From Novosphingobium sp. (lineage in GTDB: Bacteria; Pseudomonadota; Alphaproteobacteria; Sphingomonadales; Sphingomonadaceae): a stretch of DNA of 64,000 nt. The position numbers were made by a program, and so were the translations under genes. Numbering within the stretch: position 1 is the stretch's first letter; each line of letters starts with the position of its first letter. Below the pieces are notes generated by a model. The model was not told where the DNA came from, ran no database searches, and was given only the letters and a program-made list of their open reading frames with translations. The stretch spans positions 6,330-70,329 of the forward strand of contig JACKKV010000007.1 in the NCBI GenBank assembly GCA_024236235.1, written 5' to 3'. Shown here in pieces: positions 37,919-47,761 of the stretch.

Positions 37919-38825
37919 TGACTTCAGCTGCCGGTTGAGCGGCAGCCTCCACGAAGTCTTCGCCTCCCCCGAGCGAGTGAACATAAGCAGCCAGCATCTT
38001 GATCGTCCCGGCATCAAGCTTTTGGCCCCAGGCGGGCATCACGCCGAAGCGCGAATTGGTAATCGTCTGGGTGATGTCGGCGCGGCTGCCGCCATAGAGC
38101 CAGATCGCATCGGTCAGATCGGGTGCGCCGAATGCACGATTGCCCTTGCCGTCCGGGCCGTGGCAGCTGGCGCATTGTTCCGCGAAGATCGTAGACCCGC
38201 GCTGTGCCGACGGGCCGGTCTGTTCCTGGCCCGAAATGCTGCGCACATGGCTGACCAGATACTGGATCTGCGTCGAATCGAGAATCCCGTCGCGTCCGAA
38301 AGCGGGCATCTGGCTGAAACGGGTCTGATCGTCGCCCGGCTGGCGAATTCCGTGAATCAGCGTGGTTTCGATGGATTTCAGATCGCCACCCCACAGCCAG
38401 TCATCGTCATTGAGGTTGGGAAAGCCTTTGGACCCGGCTGCGCCAGCGCCGTGGCACTGGACACAATTGACCTTGAACGCGGCTCGCCCGCCGGCCACGG
38501 CGGTGCGCATCAGCTCAGCATCCCGGGGAAGCTCTTCGACCGGCCTGGCGGCGAGCGCGGCCAGGATCGGAGCCTTGCGGTCTTCTTCCTTCTTCATTTC
38601 GGCGGCCAGTTGGCCGCGGCTGGTCCAGCCCCAGATGCCTTCGGTGCCCTTGTCCAGCAGCGGGATCGCCGGATAGACGACCACATAGCCGATCGCGAAG
38701 GCGATGCAGGCATAGAAGGTCCACAGCCACCAGCGCGGCAGCGGATTGTTCAGTTCTTCGATACCGTCCCATTCATGGCCGACGGTTTCGACCCCGGTTT
38801 CACTGTCGATGCGCTTATCGGCCAT
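37905..38825 (-). CDS. ccoP: cbb3-type cytochrome c oxidase subunit III (diheme)
   Basis: HEWDGIEELNNPLPRWW and two CxxCH motifs (CVQCH, CASCH). Start at MADKRID (38825). Confidence 0.9.
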   Translation of the reverse strand: MADKRIDSETGVETVGHEWDGIEELNNPLPRWWLWTFYACIAFAIGYVVVYPAIPLLDKGTEGIWGWTSRGQLAAEMKKEEDRKAPILAALAARPVEELPRDAELMRTAVAGGRAAFKVNCVQCHGAGAAGSKGFPNLNDDDWLWGGDLKSIETTLIHGIRQPGDDQTRFSQMPAFGRDGILDSTQIQYLVSHVRSISGQEQTGPSAQRGSTIFAEQCASCHGPDGKGNRAFGAPDLTDAIWLYGGSRADITQTITNSRFGVMPAWGQKLDAGTIKMLAAYVHSLGGGEDFVEAAAQPAAEVNEQP

Positions 38826-38988
38826 CGGTCTCGTCCTTGAAAATGCTGCGTGCTGCCTCGTCACTGTGCCGCTTGGCGCCGGGCCGGAATGGCCACAGGC
38901 TAAGCGCCGCGAATATCCCCATCATCGCCAGCAGCCCCCAGCTGTCAGCCAGATGGCGCAGGGTTTCATATGTGGAATGGCCGCTCAC
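38815..38988 (-). CDS. ccoQ: cbb3-type cytochrome c oxidase subunit IV (CcoQ/FixQ)
   Basis: Hand translation gives (V)[56 protein letters not shown] (57 aa). The GTG overlaps the ccoO stop, and the 3' end overlaps the ccoP start. Confidence 0.8.
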   Translation of the reverse strand: MSGHSTYETLRHLADSWGLLAMMGIFAALSLWPFRPGAKRHSDEAARSIFKDETDGR

Positions 38989-39731
38989 CGGCCGGTCTCC
39001 GTCGCCAGATCTTCCTGCGCGGCGGCGCTGTTCACATCGACCAGCGTGCCCAGCATCTGCAGATAGGCGACCAGTGCGTCCATCTCGGTCAGGCGGGCAG
39101 GCTTGCCGTCATAGTCGCGAATCTGCGCCTTGGGGTAACGCTTGGCCAGATCGCCCGCATCGGCTTCCGGATCGGCCTGCGCCAGGAGGTCAGCCCTGGC
39201 CTGTTCGATGTCCTTCGCCGTATAGGGCACGCCGACGCGCGAAAGAGCGGTGAGCCTGGCCGCCGGATCGCCGATAGTGAGATCGGCGTCAGCCAGGAAG
39301 CCATATTGCGGCATCACGCTTTCCGGCACGACCGATTGCGGGTTCGCCAGATGCTGGACATGCCATTCGTCCGAATAGCGGCCGCCCACGCGGGCCAGAT
39401 CGGGACCGGTGCGCTTCGATCCCCACTGGAAGGGATGATCGTACATCGATTCCGCTGCGAGCGAGTAGTGGCCATAGCGTTCCACCTCGTCGCGGAAGGG
39501 GCGGATCATCTGGCTGTGGCAGACATAGCAGCCTTCGCGGATGTAGATGTCGCGTCCCGCCAGTTCCAGCGGGGTATAGGGGCGTACCCCGTCCACTTTC
39601 TCGATTGTGTTGTCGATCCAGAACAGCGGCGCGATTTCCACGATCCCGCCGATGATCACCGCGACGAAGGCGAATGCGCCGAGCAGGGTGACGTTGCGTT
39701 CCAGCTTCTTGTGCTGTTCGGTAATGCTCAT
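38985..39731 (-). CDS. ccoO: cbb3-type cytochrome c oxidase subunit II (monoheme)
   Basis: [11 protein letters not shown] heme motif. 248 aa. Confidence 0.92.
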   Translation of the reverse strand: MSITEQHKKLERNVTLLGAFAFVAVIIGGIVEIAPLFWIDNTIEKVDGVRPYTPLELAGRDIYIREGCYVCHSQMIRPFRDEVERYGHYSLAAESMYDHPFQWGSKRTGPDLARVGGRYSDEWHVQHLANPQSVVPESVMPQYGFLADADLTIGDPAARLTALSRVGVPYTAKDIEQARADLLAQADPEADAGDLAKRYPKAQIRDYDGKPARLTEMDALVAYLQMLGTLVDVNSAAAQEDLATETGR

Positions 39732-39743
39732 GGCTCTGCCCCC

Positions 39744-41399
39744 TTAATTCGCGGCTGCCGGAACAATCGGGCGGTCAGCCGCCGGATCGTAAGCTGCCTG
39801 GCGCAGCGGTTCTTCGACCCGCTGGCGGCCGGCGATGGTCAGCCAGATGTTGATGACCAGGATCACCGCGCCGGCCAGGTACAGCAGGCCGCCGAAGGCG
39901 CGCAGGATGTACATGGGATGCAGTGCCGCCACCGTATCGGCAAAGCTGTTCACCAGATAGCCGTCTGCGCCGTATTCGCGCCACATCAGGCCCTGAGTGA
40001 TCCCGGCGACCCACATGCTGGCGGCGTAGAAGACGATGCCAGCCGTCGCCAGCCAGAAGTGCCAGTTCACCATCCGCAGCGAATAGAGCCGTTCGCGGTT
40101 CCACAGGCGCGGGGTGAGGAAGTAGAGCACCGAGAAGGTGATCATCCCGTTCCAGCCCAGCGCGCCCGAATGGACGTGGCCAATGGTCCAGTCAGTATAG
40201 TGCGAGAGGCTGTTGACGCTCTTGATCGACATCAGCGGGCCTTCGAAAGTGCTCATGCCATAGAAGGCGAGGCTGATCACCATCATGCGGATGATCGGAT
40301 CAGTGCGCACCTTGTCCCAGGCACCGTTCAGCGTCATCAGCCCGTTGATCATGCCGCCCCAGCTGGGCATCCACAGCATCACCGAGAAGACCATGCCCAG
40401 CGTCTGCGCCCAGTCGGGCAGCGCGGTGTAGTGCAGGTGATGCGGCCCCGCCCAGATATAGAGGAAGATGAGCGCCCAGAAGTGGATGATTGACAGGCGA
40501 TAGGAAAAGATCGGCCGTTCCGCCTGCTTGGGCACGAAGTAGTACATCATGGCGAGGAAGCCTGCGGTCAGGAAGAAACCGACTGCATTATGGCCATACC
40601 ACCACTGCACCAGCGCGCTCTGCACCCCGGCGAAGACCGAATAGCTTTTCGATCCGAGCAGGCTGACGGGCAGGTCGAGATTATTGACCACATGCAGCAT
40701 CGCCACGGTGATGATGAAGGACAGGTAGAACCAGTTCGCCACATAGATGTGAGGTTCCTTGCGCTTCAGGATCGTGCCGACGAACACCGCCAGATAGGCG
40801 ACCCAGACAATCGTCAGCCACCAGTCCACATACCATTCGGGTTCAGCATATTCCTTGGACTGGGTAATGCCCATCAGATATCCGGTGGCGGCGAGGACGA
40901 TAAACAGCTGGTAGCCCCAGAACACGAAGCGGGCGAGGCCGGGCAGCGCCAGGCGTGCGCGGCAGGTGCGCTGCACGACATAGAATGAACTGGCGATCAG
41001 CGCATTGCCGCCGAAGGCGAAGATCACCGCGCTGGTGTGCAGCGGGCGCAGCCGCCCGAAATTGAGGTAGGGTTCGAAATTAAGAACCGGAAAGGCAAGC
41101 TGCAGGGCGATGTAAAGCCCGGCTGCAAAGCCCGCCATGCCCCAGAACACCGTGGCGATCACGCCCCAGCGCACCGGGTCATCATCATAGCGGCCCGGAT
41201 CGGCCGGTGTCCTGATGATGCCGCGGGCGATCGCCCCGTAATCGGCACGGCTGATCGTGACCCACAGCCCGATCAGCGCCGCGATGGCGATGATCGACAT
41301 ATGGACGGCGAAGCCGCTGTCCTGTGCCGCAGCGACCGCAATAACGGCCAGAAGCAGGGCTGCGAACCAAGCCGCCGCGCGCGAAAGTACCAGTTCCAT
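39744..41399 (-). CDS. ccoN: cbb3-type cytochrome c oxidase subunit I
   Basis: 551-aa polytopic heme-copper oxidase sequence, upstream of ccoO. Confidence 0.92.
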   Translation of the reverse strand: MELVLSRAAAWFAALLLAVIAVAAAQDSGFAVHMSIIAIAALIGLWVTISRADYGAIARGIIRTPADPGRYDDDPVRWGVIATVFWGMAGFAAGLYIALQLAFPVLNFEPYLNFGRLRPLHTSAVIFAFGGNALIASSFYVVQRTCRARLALPGLARFVFWGYQLFIVLAATGYLMGITQSKEYAEPEWYVDWWLTIVWVAYLAVFVGTILKRKEPHIYVANWFYLSFIITVAMLHVVNNLDLPVSLLGSKSYSVFAGVQSALVQWWYGHNAVGFFLTAGFLAMMYYFVPKQAERPIFSYRLSIIHFWALIFLYIWAGPHHLHYTALPDWAQTLGMVFSVMLWMPSWGGMINGLMTLNGAWDKVRTDPIIRMMVISLAFYGMSTFEGPLMSIKSVNSLSHYTDWTIGHVHSGALGWNGMITFSVLYFLTPRLWNRERLYSLRMVNWHFWLATAGIVFYAASMWVAGITQGLMWREYGADGYLVNSFADTVAALHPMYILRAFGGLLYLAGAVILVINIWLTIAGRQRVEEPLRQAAYDPAADRPIVPAAAN

Positions 41400-41462
41400 G
41401 TCTTGAGCCTTCCCGTCGGATGAGACGTATTTGCTTAACTAGCTGAATGCTGTGGCGCAACA

Positions 41463-41476
41463 TTGATCAGGGTCAA
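41463..41476. promoter_or_regulatory. FNR/FixK-type box (TTGAT-N4-GTCAA)
   Basis: TTGATCAGGGTCAA, with its centre about 70 bp upstream of the ccoN ATG. It matches 9 of 10 positions of the TTGAT-N4-ATCAA consensus. Confidence 0.65.
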
Positions 41477-41484
41477 TTATTGCG

Positions 41485-41498
41485 TTGCGGCAAATCAA
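41485..41498. promoter_or_regulatory. Second FNR/FixK-type box (TTGCG-N4-ATCAA)
   Basis: TTGCGGCAAATCAA, with its centre about 100 bp upstream of the ompW ATG. Confidence 0.5.
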
Positions 41499-41590
41499 TG
41501 TATGCTGACGAAAAAACCGCCATTCGGGCGCTTGGCATCGTGGAAATCCGGGCTGCACGGGGCAGCCGACGCGATGTGGGAATGTATAAT

Positions 41591-42280
41591 ATGCGTATGA
41601 TGACCGCTGCAGCGGCCCTGATGGCCGCCTTGAGTTTTTCCCATGCTGCCGAGGCTGCGGAAGCCGGCAAGTGGCAGGTCAAGCTGCTCGGCACCGCTGT
41701 TCTGCCCGATGGCGAAATTGACAAGATCAAATATGCCGACCCGGCAGTTGCCGCCGCACTTGCCCCGCTGGACGTGCAGACCAAGGCCAATGACAACGTC
41801 GTGCCGACGGTGGCGATCGAATATTTCTTCACGCCCAATGTGTCGCTCGAAACGATCTGCTGCGTCACGCAACATGACGTTGACGGCACGCGCGACATCG
41901 CGGGGGTGGAAATGGTGTCCGACGCCAAGATCATTCCGGCCACTTTCACGCTGAAATATCACTTCAACGCGGGCGGTATCAAACCCTACATCGGCGCGGG
42001 TCCGACCTATTTCATCTTCATCGATGAAAAGCCGGGCGCAGGTTCCGTGGCGGTGCTGGGCGCGGCCAAGCAGAAGATGCAGGATTCGCTCGGCGTTGCA
42101 TTGCAGGCGGGCGTTGATGTTCCGATCAATGACTCGGGCATGGCGATCAGCCTCGATGCCAAGAAATATTTCCTCAGCGCCGATGCCAAGTGGTACGATG
42201 CTGCGGGCACGAAACTGCTCGAAACGAAGCACAACATCGATCCCTGGGTGCTCAGCGCAGGTCTCGCGTTCCGCTTCTGA
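41591..42280 (+). CDS. ompW: OmpW family outer membrane protein
   Basis: Signal peptide MRMMTAAAALMAALSFSHAAEA. The beta-barrel ends in WVLSAGLAFRF. The start is uncertain (41582 or 41591). Confidence 0.85.
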   Translation: MRMMTAAAALMAALSFSHAAEAAEAGKWQVKLLGTAVLPDGEIDKIKYADPAVAAALAPLDVQTKANDNVVPTVAIEYFFTPNVSLETICCVTQHDVDGTRDIAGVEMVSDAKIIPATFTLKYHFNAGGIKPYIGAGPTYFIFIDEKPGAGSVAVLGAAKQKMQDSLGVALQAGVDVPINDSGMAISLDAKKYFLSADAKWYDAAGTKLLETKHNIDPWVLSAGLAFRF

Positions 42281-42302
42281 GGATATCAGGCTTCAGGCAG
42301 AG

Positions 42303-42338
42303 CCCCCGGTCCGCAAAACGGGTCGGGGGTTTCGTTTC
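42303..42338 (+). terminator. Rho-independent terminator candidate after ompW
   Basis: CCCCCGGTCCG-caaaa-CGGGTCGGGGG stem-loop followed by TTTCGTTTC. Confidence 0.6.
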
Positions 42339-43035
42339 AGCCTGCGCTGTCTTCCAGCGCCAGCCGGTCAAGGATGCGGACCGCGCGGCGCGAGGGCAGG
42401 TCGATAATGCCGTCATGCTTGAGTTTGGTCAGCTGGCGGCTGACCGTTTCGATCGTCAGTCCCAGCACGTCAGCGATCTGCTGGCGGCTGAAGGGCAGTT
42501 CGAATTCGACCTGGGCGCCGTCATCGGCAGCTGCGCAGCCCGGTTCGATCAGCCGTTCCGACATTTCCAGCAGGAAAGTGGCGATCCGTTCGCCCGCGCT
42601 CTTGCGGCCCAGCAGCAGCATCCAGCGCCGGGTGCGGTCCAGCTCACTCAGCGTGCGTTGCAGCAGCTTGTGCTCAAGCTGCGGATGGTCATGCGCGAAG
42701 GCATCGAAATCGGTGCGTGCGAATACGCAGACCGTCGCCTCGGTCAGCGCGGTCACGCTGTGCGAAGTCTGCCCGCCAAAGGGGCGGCCAATGAAATCCG
42801 AAGGATAGACCACGCCCACGATCTGTTCGCGCCCGTCAGCCGTGCCGGTGGACAGTTTCAGCACACCTTCGATGACATTGGCGACAAGGACCGAATCCTC
42901 GCCTTCCCACAGCAGCGATTGCCCCGGTTCCAGCACGCGGCGCCGGCCAATGCCGTTGAGCGCCTGGATTTCGTTGGAATCCAGTGCGGCACAGATGGCG
43001 CGGTTGCGCACAACGCAGCTGTCACAATAGCTCAT
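42337..43035 (-). CDS. fnrL: Crp/Fnr family transcriptional regulator (FnrL-like, with N-terminal Cys cluster)
   Basis: MSYCDSCVVRNRAIC N-terminal cysteines, a cNMP-binding fold, and the C-terminal HTH QQIADVLGLTIETVSRQLTKL. Confidence 0.85.
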   Translation of the reverse strand: MSYCDSCVVRNRAICAALDSNEIQALNGIGRRRVLEPGQSLLWEGEDSVLVANVIEGVLKLSTGTADGREQIVGVVYPSDFIGRPFGGQTSHSVTALTEATVCVFARTDFDAFAHDHPQLEHKLLQRTLSELDRTRRWMLLLGRKSAGERIATFLLEMSERLIEPGCAAADDGAQVEFELPFSRQQIADVLGLTIETVSRQLTKLKHDGIIDLPSRRAVRILDRLALEDSAG

Positions 43036-43106
43036 TCCCGCCGATTAACAGGACCGATCATTTCCAGCAATGGCAATCGCGGCGCGCACAGGCTATTCGA
43101 CCGGCG

Positions 43107-43595
43107 ATGAATCGGCTCAGCCTGCCTCCCGTCCTGTTTGTCTGCCTCGGCAATATCTGCCGGTCGCCGCTGGCCGAAGCCGCTTACCGCCATGCGCTGG
43201 CCGGGGCAGGGCTGGCGGGACAGGCGGATTCCGCTGGCACCGGGGACTGGCATGTCGGCCACCCGCCCGATCCGCGCGCCATTGCGGTGGCGGCCGGCTC
43301 GGGCATTGATATTTCACACTATCGTGCGCGTCAGGTAAGTGCTGAGGATTTCCATCGTTTCGGCCATATCGTGGCGCTCGACCGGAACAACCTTGGCGAT
43401 CTGGCGCGGATCGCGCCTGCCGGGGCGACGGCGCGCCTCTCGCTGCTGCTGGACTGGGCGCCGGGGCGCGAAGGGCACGGAGTGGCCGATCCCTATTACG
43501 GGGATGAAGAGGGATTTGCCGTGACCTGGCAGGAGGTCGGCATGGGCGCACGCGGCTTGTTGAGCGCGCTGACCGCGCAAGGGGGGCATTCATGA
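43107..43595 (+). CDS. Low-molecular-weight protein-tyrosine phosphatase
   Basis: VLFVCLGNICRSPLAEA P-loop (CX5R-S) and DPYYG general-acid motif. Confidence 0.85.
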   Translation: MNRLSLPPVLFVCLGNICRSPLAEAAYRHALAGAGLAGQADSAGTGDWHVGHPPDPRAIAVAAGSGIDISHYRARQVSAEDFHRFGHIVALDRNNLGDLARIAPAGATARLSLLLDWAPGREGHGVADPYYGDEEGFAVTWQEVGMGARGLLSALTAQGGHS

Positions 43596-44149
43596 CCGCA
43601 ATGACCGTCAACGGCCGCCCGGTGCGCTTTGCCATGGCGCCCGACACGCCGTTGTTGTGGGCGCTGCGCGATGCGGCCAATCTCACCGGGACAAAATATG
43701 GTTGTGGCACGGGCGATTGCGGTTCCTGCATGGTGATCGTGGATGGGGAGGCGCTGCGTTCCTGCCTCATCACCATTGCCGAGGCGGAAGGCCGCTTCAT
43801 TACCACGATCGAAGGGCTGTCGCGCGACCGGTCGCACCCGGTGCAGCAGGCGCTGGTGGCCGAACAGGCGATCCAGTGCGGTTTCTGCACCCCCGGGATC
43901 GTGATGAGCGCGGCGGCACTGCTGGCGCGCAACAGCGATCCCGGTGCAGCCGACATCAAGGCCGATATCACCAATCTGTGCCGCTGTGGGGTCTATCCCC
44001 GGTTGGTGGAAGCGATCCAGCGTGCCGGGCGGGTGATGCGCCGCACCGAAACCATCAGTGCCGCGCCCGCGCCGGGCATCACCCGGGAAGATGCGGCCCG
44101 GGCCGTACCCGCCATGGAAATCCCGCCGCGCGCGGGCGATGATGAATAG
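43592..44149 (+). CDS. (2Fe-2S)-binding small subunit of a molybdenum hydroxylase (IorA/CoxS-like)
   Basis: GCGTGDCGSC and QCGFCTPG...CRCG cluster motifs. ATGA overlap with the phosphatase gene. No large subunit follows. Confidence 0.8.
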   Translation: MTAMTVNGRPVRFAMAPDTPLLWALRDAANLTGTKYGCGTGDCGSCMVIVDGEALRSCLITIAEAEGRFITTIEGLSRDRSHPVQQALVAEQAIQCGFCTPGIVMSAAALLARNSDPGAADIKADITNLCRCGVYPRLVEAIQRAGRVMRRTETISAAPAPGITREDAARAVPAMEIPPRAGDDE

Positions 44150-44169
44150 GCAGCAAAGGGAGCATCACC

Positions 44170-44514
44170 ATGAAAGCCACGATCTGGCATAACCCCAAAT
44201 GCAGCAAGTCGCGCCAGACGCTTGCCCTGCTGGAAGCTGCGCCCGGCGTGGAGGTCGAGGTGGTTGAATATCTCAAGCACCCGCCCAGCGCGCAAAAGCT
44301 GGCCCAGCTCTATCACGATGCGGGGATGCCGGCGCGCGACGGGCTGCGCCTGTCTGGCACGGATGCCCGGGAACGCGGCCTGACCGGGGCGGATGACGCC
44401 ACCGTCACCGCCGCCATGGCTGCAGAGCCGGGGCTGATCGAACGCCCGCTGGTGGAGACGGCCAGGGGCGTGCGCCTGTGCCGTCCGCCCGAGCTTGTGC
44501 AGCAGATATTGTGA
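44170..44514 (+). CDS. arsC: ArsC-family (glutaredoxin-type arsenate reductase / Spx-like) protein
   Basis: MKATIWHNPKCSKSRQTL N-terminal catalytic Cys context. 114 aa. Confidence 0.8.
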   Translation: MKATIWHNPKCSKSRQTLALLEAAPGVEVEVVEYLKHPPSAQKLAQLYHDAGMPARDGLRLSGTDARERGLTGADDATVTAAMAAEPGLIERPLVETARGVRLCRPPELVQQIL

Positions 44515-44646
44515 TGCGTTTCTCCGCGCGCCTGCAGCATGGATTGGCATGAATTGCGGGCGTGGATCAGGCGTTTGGCTTGCATTGGGGCGGCGAATTT
44601 GCCAACCCGTCAGCCATGTAATGGCCCGCCCGGCGCGGGGAGCTGA

Positions 44647-45303
44647 TTGGAAGGGTCCTTCCCGACGATGACTGGTTCTGAATTGACGCGCGAGCGCGGG
44701 CTTGTCCGCATGGCGCGCCGCCTGCACCGCAAGCTTGGCCCATGGGGCGTGTTTTTCGAAGGTTTCGTGAAGCACCCGGTGATGGTCGGCTCGATCATTC
44801 CATCCTCGCGCTTCACCATCGCCAAGATGCTGGCCCCGGTAAACTGGGACGAATGCAAGCTGTTCGTGGAATATGGGCCGGGCGTCGGCACCTTCTGCCG
44901 TCCGGTGCTGGAACGGCTGCGGCGCGATGCCCAGTTGATCGTGATTGATACGAACCCGCTCTATATCGACTATCTCAAGCGCACGATCCGCGACAGCCGG
45001 TTTTCGGCGGTGCTGGGTTCGGCTGCGGATGTGGAGGAAATCGTGCGCGCGCATGGCCACGATCATGCCGATTACGTCCTGTCGGGCCTGCCCTTTTCCA
45101 CCCTGCCGGACGGCATCGGCCCGGCCATCGCTGCGGCCACGCATCGCGTACTGCGTCCGGGCGGGGCTTTTCTCGTCTATCAGTTTTCAGCCAGGGCGCG
45201 CGATTTCATGGTCCGCCATTTCAAGCGGATCGACAATGGCTTCGAATGGCTGAACATCCTGCCCTGCCAGCTTTACTGGGGCTGGAAGGATGCGGACGAC
45301 TGA
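44647..45303 (+). CDS. Class I SAM-dependent methyltransferase (phospholipid N-methyltransferase-like, COG3963 type)
   Basis: FFEGFVKHPVMVGSIIPSSRF and VEYGPGVGTF motifs. The start is uncertain. Confidence 0.65.
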   Translation: MEGSFPTMTGSELTRERGLVRMARRLHRKLGPWGVFFEGFVKHPVMVGSIIPSSRFTIAKMLAPVNWDECKLFVEYGPGVGTFCRPVLERLRRDAQLIVIDTNPLYIDYLKRTIRDSRFSAVLGSAADVEEIVRAHGHDHADYVLSGLPFSTLPDGIGPAIAAATHRVLRPGGAFLVYQFSARARDFMVRHFKRIDNGFEWLNILPCQLYWGWKDADD

Positions 45304-45323
45304 GGCCCGTCTGCGTCAGCCGC

Positions 45324-46142
45324 TTATTCAAAAGTGCGGCTGATCGCTTCGGCTGAGGGGCCGGCCAGCTGCCGATGCACGGCGGCCATGATGGCCACGA
45401 ACACCACCACCATCACCGAACCGATCACCCCTGAAACAGCGCCGCTGGCGATTTCTGCCAGTTTGCCTTCGCTGAACAGCAGTGCGGCGATCGTCCCGAT
45501 GACCATGGTGATAACCAGCATCAAGACGAGGAAGGCAACGCCAACCAGCATGAAAAAGCCGAACAGGCGCAAGGAATTGCCCTTCGTCAATTGCCATGAC
45601 CGGACCAGCGCATTGACCGGGTTGCGCACGCCCTCGATTACAATGACGGGCGATGCCAGCGAAGTCTTGATCAACAGATAGATCACCGCCAGCAGCGCCA
45701 GCGGGACGAGCAGGGCCGCGATCGCCATGGTTCCGCTGGCCGCGCCGATGCCAATCGCCAACAGGAACACCAGCCCCGCCGCCGCGCCGGTCAGCAATTG
45801 CACGGCGATATAAGGCAGCAGGCAGATCGCCCCGGTCCTGAGCGCCTGGGCAACGGTCGGGCGGGTGCGGTCAGTCAGCAGCGCGAGCAGCGAGAGCATG
45901 CCCACTGCCTGCGCGATCCCGCCCAGGATGAGCATCGGGGCGAGATCCGAATAATAGGTGGTCATCAGGGCCATCGCCGCTTCGGGCGAGGCCACGTCCG
46001 CGGCAGGCGGCGGCGGGCCGAAAAACACCATGGCGAGGCTGGGCAGCAGGAAAAACACCCCGGCGACGATCGTCAACACCTCGCGATTGGCGGCGATCAT
46101 TCCGGTCGCCTCGCGCCAGGCGGCATTCATGTCGAATTTCAT
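45324..46142 (-). CDS. Polytopic membrane protein of unknown function
   Basis: Start at MKFDMNAAWREATGMI (46142). Six or so hydrophobic helices. Confidence 0.6.
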   Translation of the reverse strand: MKFDMNAAWREATGMIAANREVLTIVAGVFFLLPSLAMVFFGPPPPAADVASPEAAMALMTTYYSDLAPMLILGGIAQAVGMLSLLALLTDRTRPTVAQALRTGAICLLPYIAVQLLTGAAAGLVFLLAIGIGAASGTMAIAALLVPLALLAVIYLLIKTSLASPVIVIEGVRNPVNALVRSWQLTKGNSLRLFGFFMLVGVAFLVLMLVITMVIGTIAALLFSEGKLAEIASGAVSGVIGSVMVVVFVAIMAAVHRQLAGPSAEAISRTFE

Positions 46143-46182
46143 GGTTCGGGCTTTCCTGATGGCGAAGGGATGACAAGAACAC

Positions 46183-46881
46183 TTGATAAGCGAAGGCGAT
46201 GCGGCCACGCAATCGGCGATGGTCGTGCAGGACGATAATTCGATCGAATGGCGGTGCGAAGCGCAGCCGGTGCCCTGTCGTGCGGCCCTGGATGACATGA
46301 GCGCGCGCAACGCCGCCATTGCTGCGGGCAGCGCGTGCGAACTGGTGTGGATGCTGGAACACCCGCCGGTCTATACCGCCGGCACCAGCGCCGCGGCTGC
46401 CGAACTGCTCGACCCGCGCTTTGAAGTGGTCAGCGCCGGGCGCGGCGGGCGCTACACTTATCACGGGCCGGGACAGCGGATCACCTATGTCCTGCTGGAC
46501 CTTTCCCGCCGCGCGCGCGACGTGCGCTGCTTTGTCCATGCGCTGGAAGGCTGGGTGATCGCAACCCTGGCCGATTTCGGGGTGGAAGGCTGGCGCGCGG
46601 ACGGCCGCGTTGGCATCTGGACCCGCGATATTGACGGGCGCGAGGCCAAGATCGGCGCGATCGGGGTGCGCGTGCGCCGCTGGGTGACGATGCATGGGCT
46701 GTCCGTCAATCTGTCGCCCGATCTTGCGCATTTCAGCGGCATCGTGCCCTGCGGGATCGAGGAATTCGGCGTCACCAGCCTGGAACGGCTTGGCATTTCG
46801 GTTGCGGCAGAGCAATGGGATCGGGCAATGATTGCGCGCAGCGGCGCATTCCTCGCCGCGCTGCAACCATCCTGTGCCTGA
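46183..46881 (+). CDS. lipB: Lipoyl(octanoyl) transferase
   Basis: [23 protein letters not shown] and KIGAIGVRV motifs. An alternative start lies at 46219. Confidence 0.9.
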   Translation: MISEGDAATQSAMVVQDDNSIEWRCEAQPVPCRAALDDMSARNAAIAAGSACELVWMLEHPPVYTAGTSAAAAELLDPRFEVVSAGRGGRYTYHGPGQRITYVLLDLSRRARDVRCFVHALEGWVIATLADFGVEGWRADGRVGIWTRDIDGREAKIGAIGVRVRRWVTMHGLSVNLSPDLAHFSGIVPCGIEEFGVTSLERLGISVAAEQWDRAMIARSGAFLAALQPSCA

Positions 46882-46894
46882 AGGACGCCTGCCG

Positions 46895-47212
46895 ATGAAA
46901 TACCTGCCACTGACGATCCTGCCCTGCCTTCTGCTTGCCGCCTGCGGCGGTGGCGGTGACGAGCCGCAGGATGGTGGCGGAGACGGGCGCACCGCGACGG
47001 GCGAGGTGCTGGAAGGATCGATCAGCGATGCGATGATCCCGCTCGATCAGGTGAAGTCGCAGGCGCCGCTGGCGAAGCCGGAAGCCAAGGCCGGTGAGGG
47101 CGGGGCTGCTGCCGCGCCGGGTGAGGCGGGTGAGGCGGACGCACAAGGCGCGGCCCCGGCTGACCCGATGGGCGCGGCCATCGAGGCAGAGGAGGGCGCG
47201 GGCACGCAATAG
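46895..47212 (+). CDS. Low-complexity lipoprotein
   Basis: Lipobox LLLAAC, then a Gly/Ala/Glu-rich sequence. Confidence 0.55.
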   Translation: MKYLPLTILPCLLLAACGGGGDEPQDGGGDGRTATGEVLEGSISDAMIPLDQVKSQAPLAKPEAKAGEGGAAAAPGEAGEADAQGAAPADPMGAAIEAEEGAGTQ

Positions 47213-47296
47213 CACCGGTTCAGCCGCACATAATAGGCTTGTCTGGCGTCCGGCCTGTGCCATAGTCGCCGCTACCGGCAATGGATTGGGGGCGTT

Positions 47297-47749
47297 TTGG
47301 GACAGCCTGCTGCGAGAATTGGCGATTTTCATGCCTGTCCGATGGTGACGCCGGGCACGCCGCCCGTGCCGCATGTGGGCGGGCCGGTGGTCAAAGGTTC
47401 CTTCAATGTCCTCACTGGCAAGATTCCGCAGGCCAGGGTCACTGATCAATGCGTCTGTGTCGGCCCGCCCGATGTCATCGTCAAAGGCTCGCCGACGGTG
47501 CTGGTGAACAAGCTTCCCGCCGCGCGGCTGGGCGACAATACCGCGCATGGCGGCGTCATTACAGTGGGTTTGCCGACGGTCCTGATCGGGGAAGCCGGTG
47601 CCGTCACGACGGGATCGCTCGGCTTTTCTTCCGTCACGCTCCCGCTCGGCCTGGAGGGTTCCGGCGCCAGCCCTGCCGCAATGGCGAAGGCCATGATCGC
47701 CGCCGCGAAAGATGGCGTGCCGTTCTGCGAACAGTGCATGAAGGCATAG
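47297..47749 (+). CDS. PAAR domain protein with a 55-aa C-terminal extension
   Basis: TTG start. AARIGDFHACP...ARVTDQCVC...AARLGDNTAHGGVI PAAR repeats. The extension ends in GVPFCEQCMKA. Confidence 0.8.
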   Translation: MGQPAARIGDFHACPMVTPGTPPVPHVGGPVVKGSFNVLTGKIPQARVTDQCVCVGPPDVIVKGSPTVLVNKLPAARLGDNTAHGGVITVGLPTVLIGEAGAVTTGSLGFSSVTLPLGLEGSGASPAAMAKAMIAAAKDGVPFCEQCMKA

Positions 47750-47761
47750 GGCTGCCGCGCG

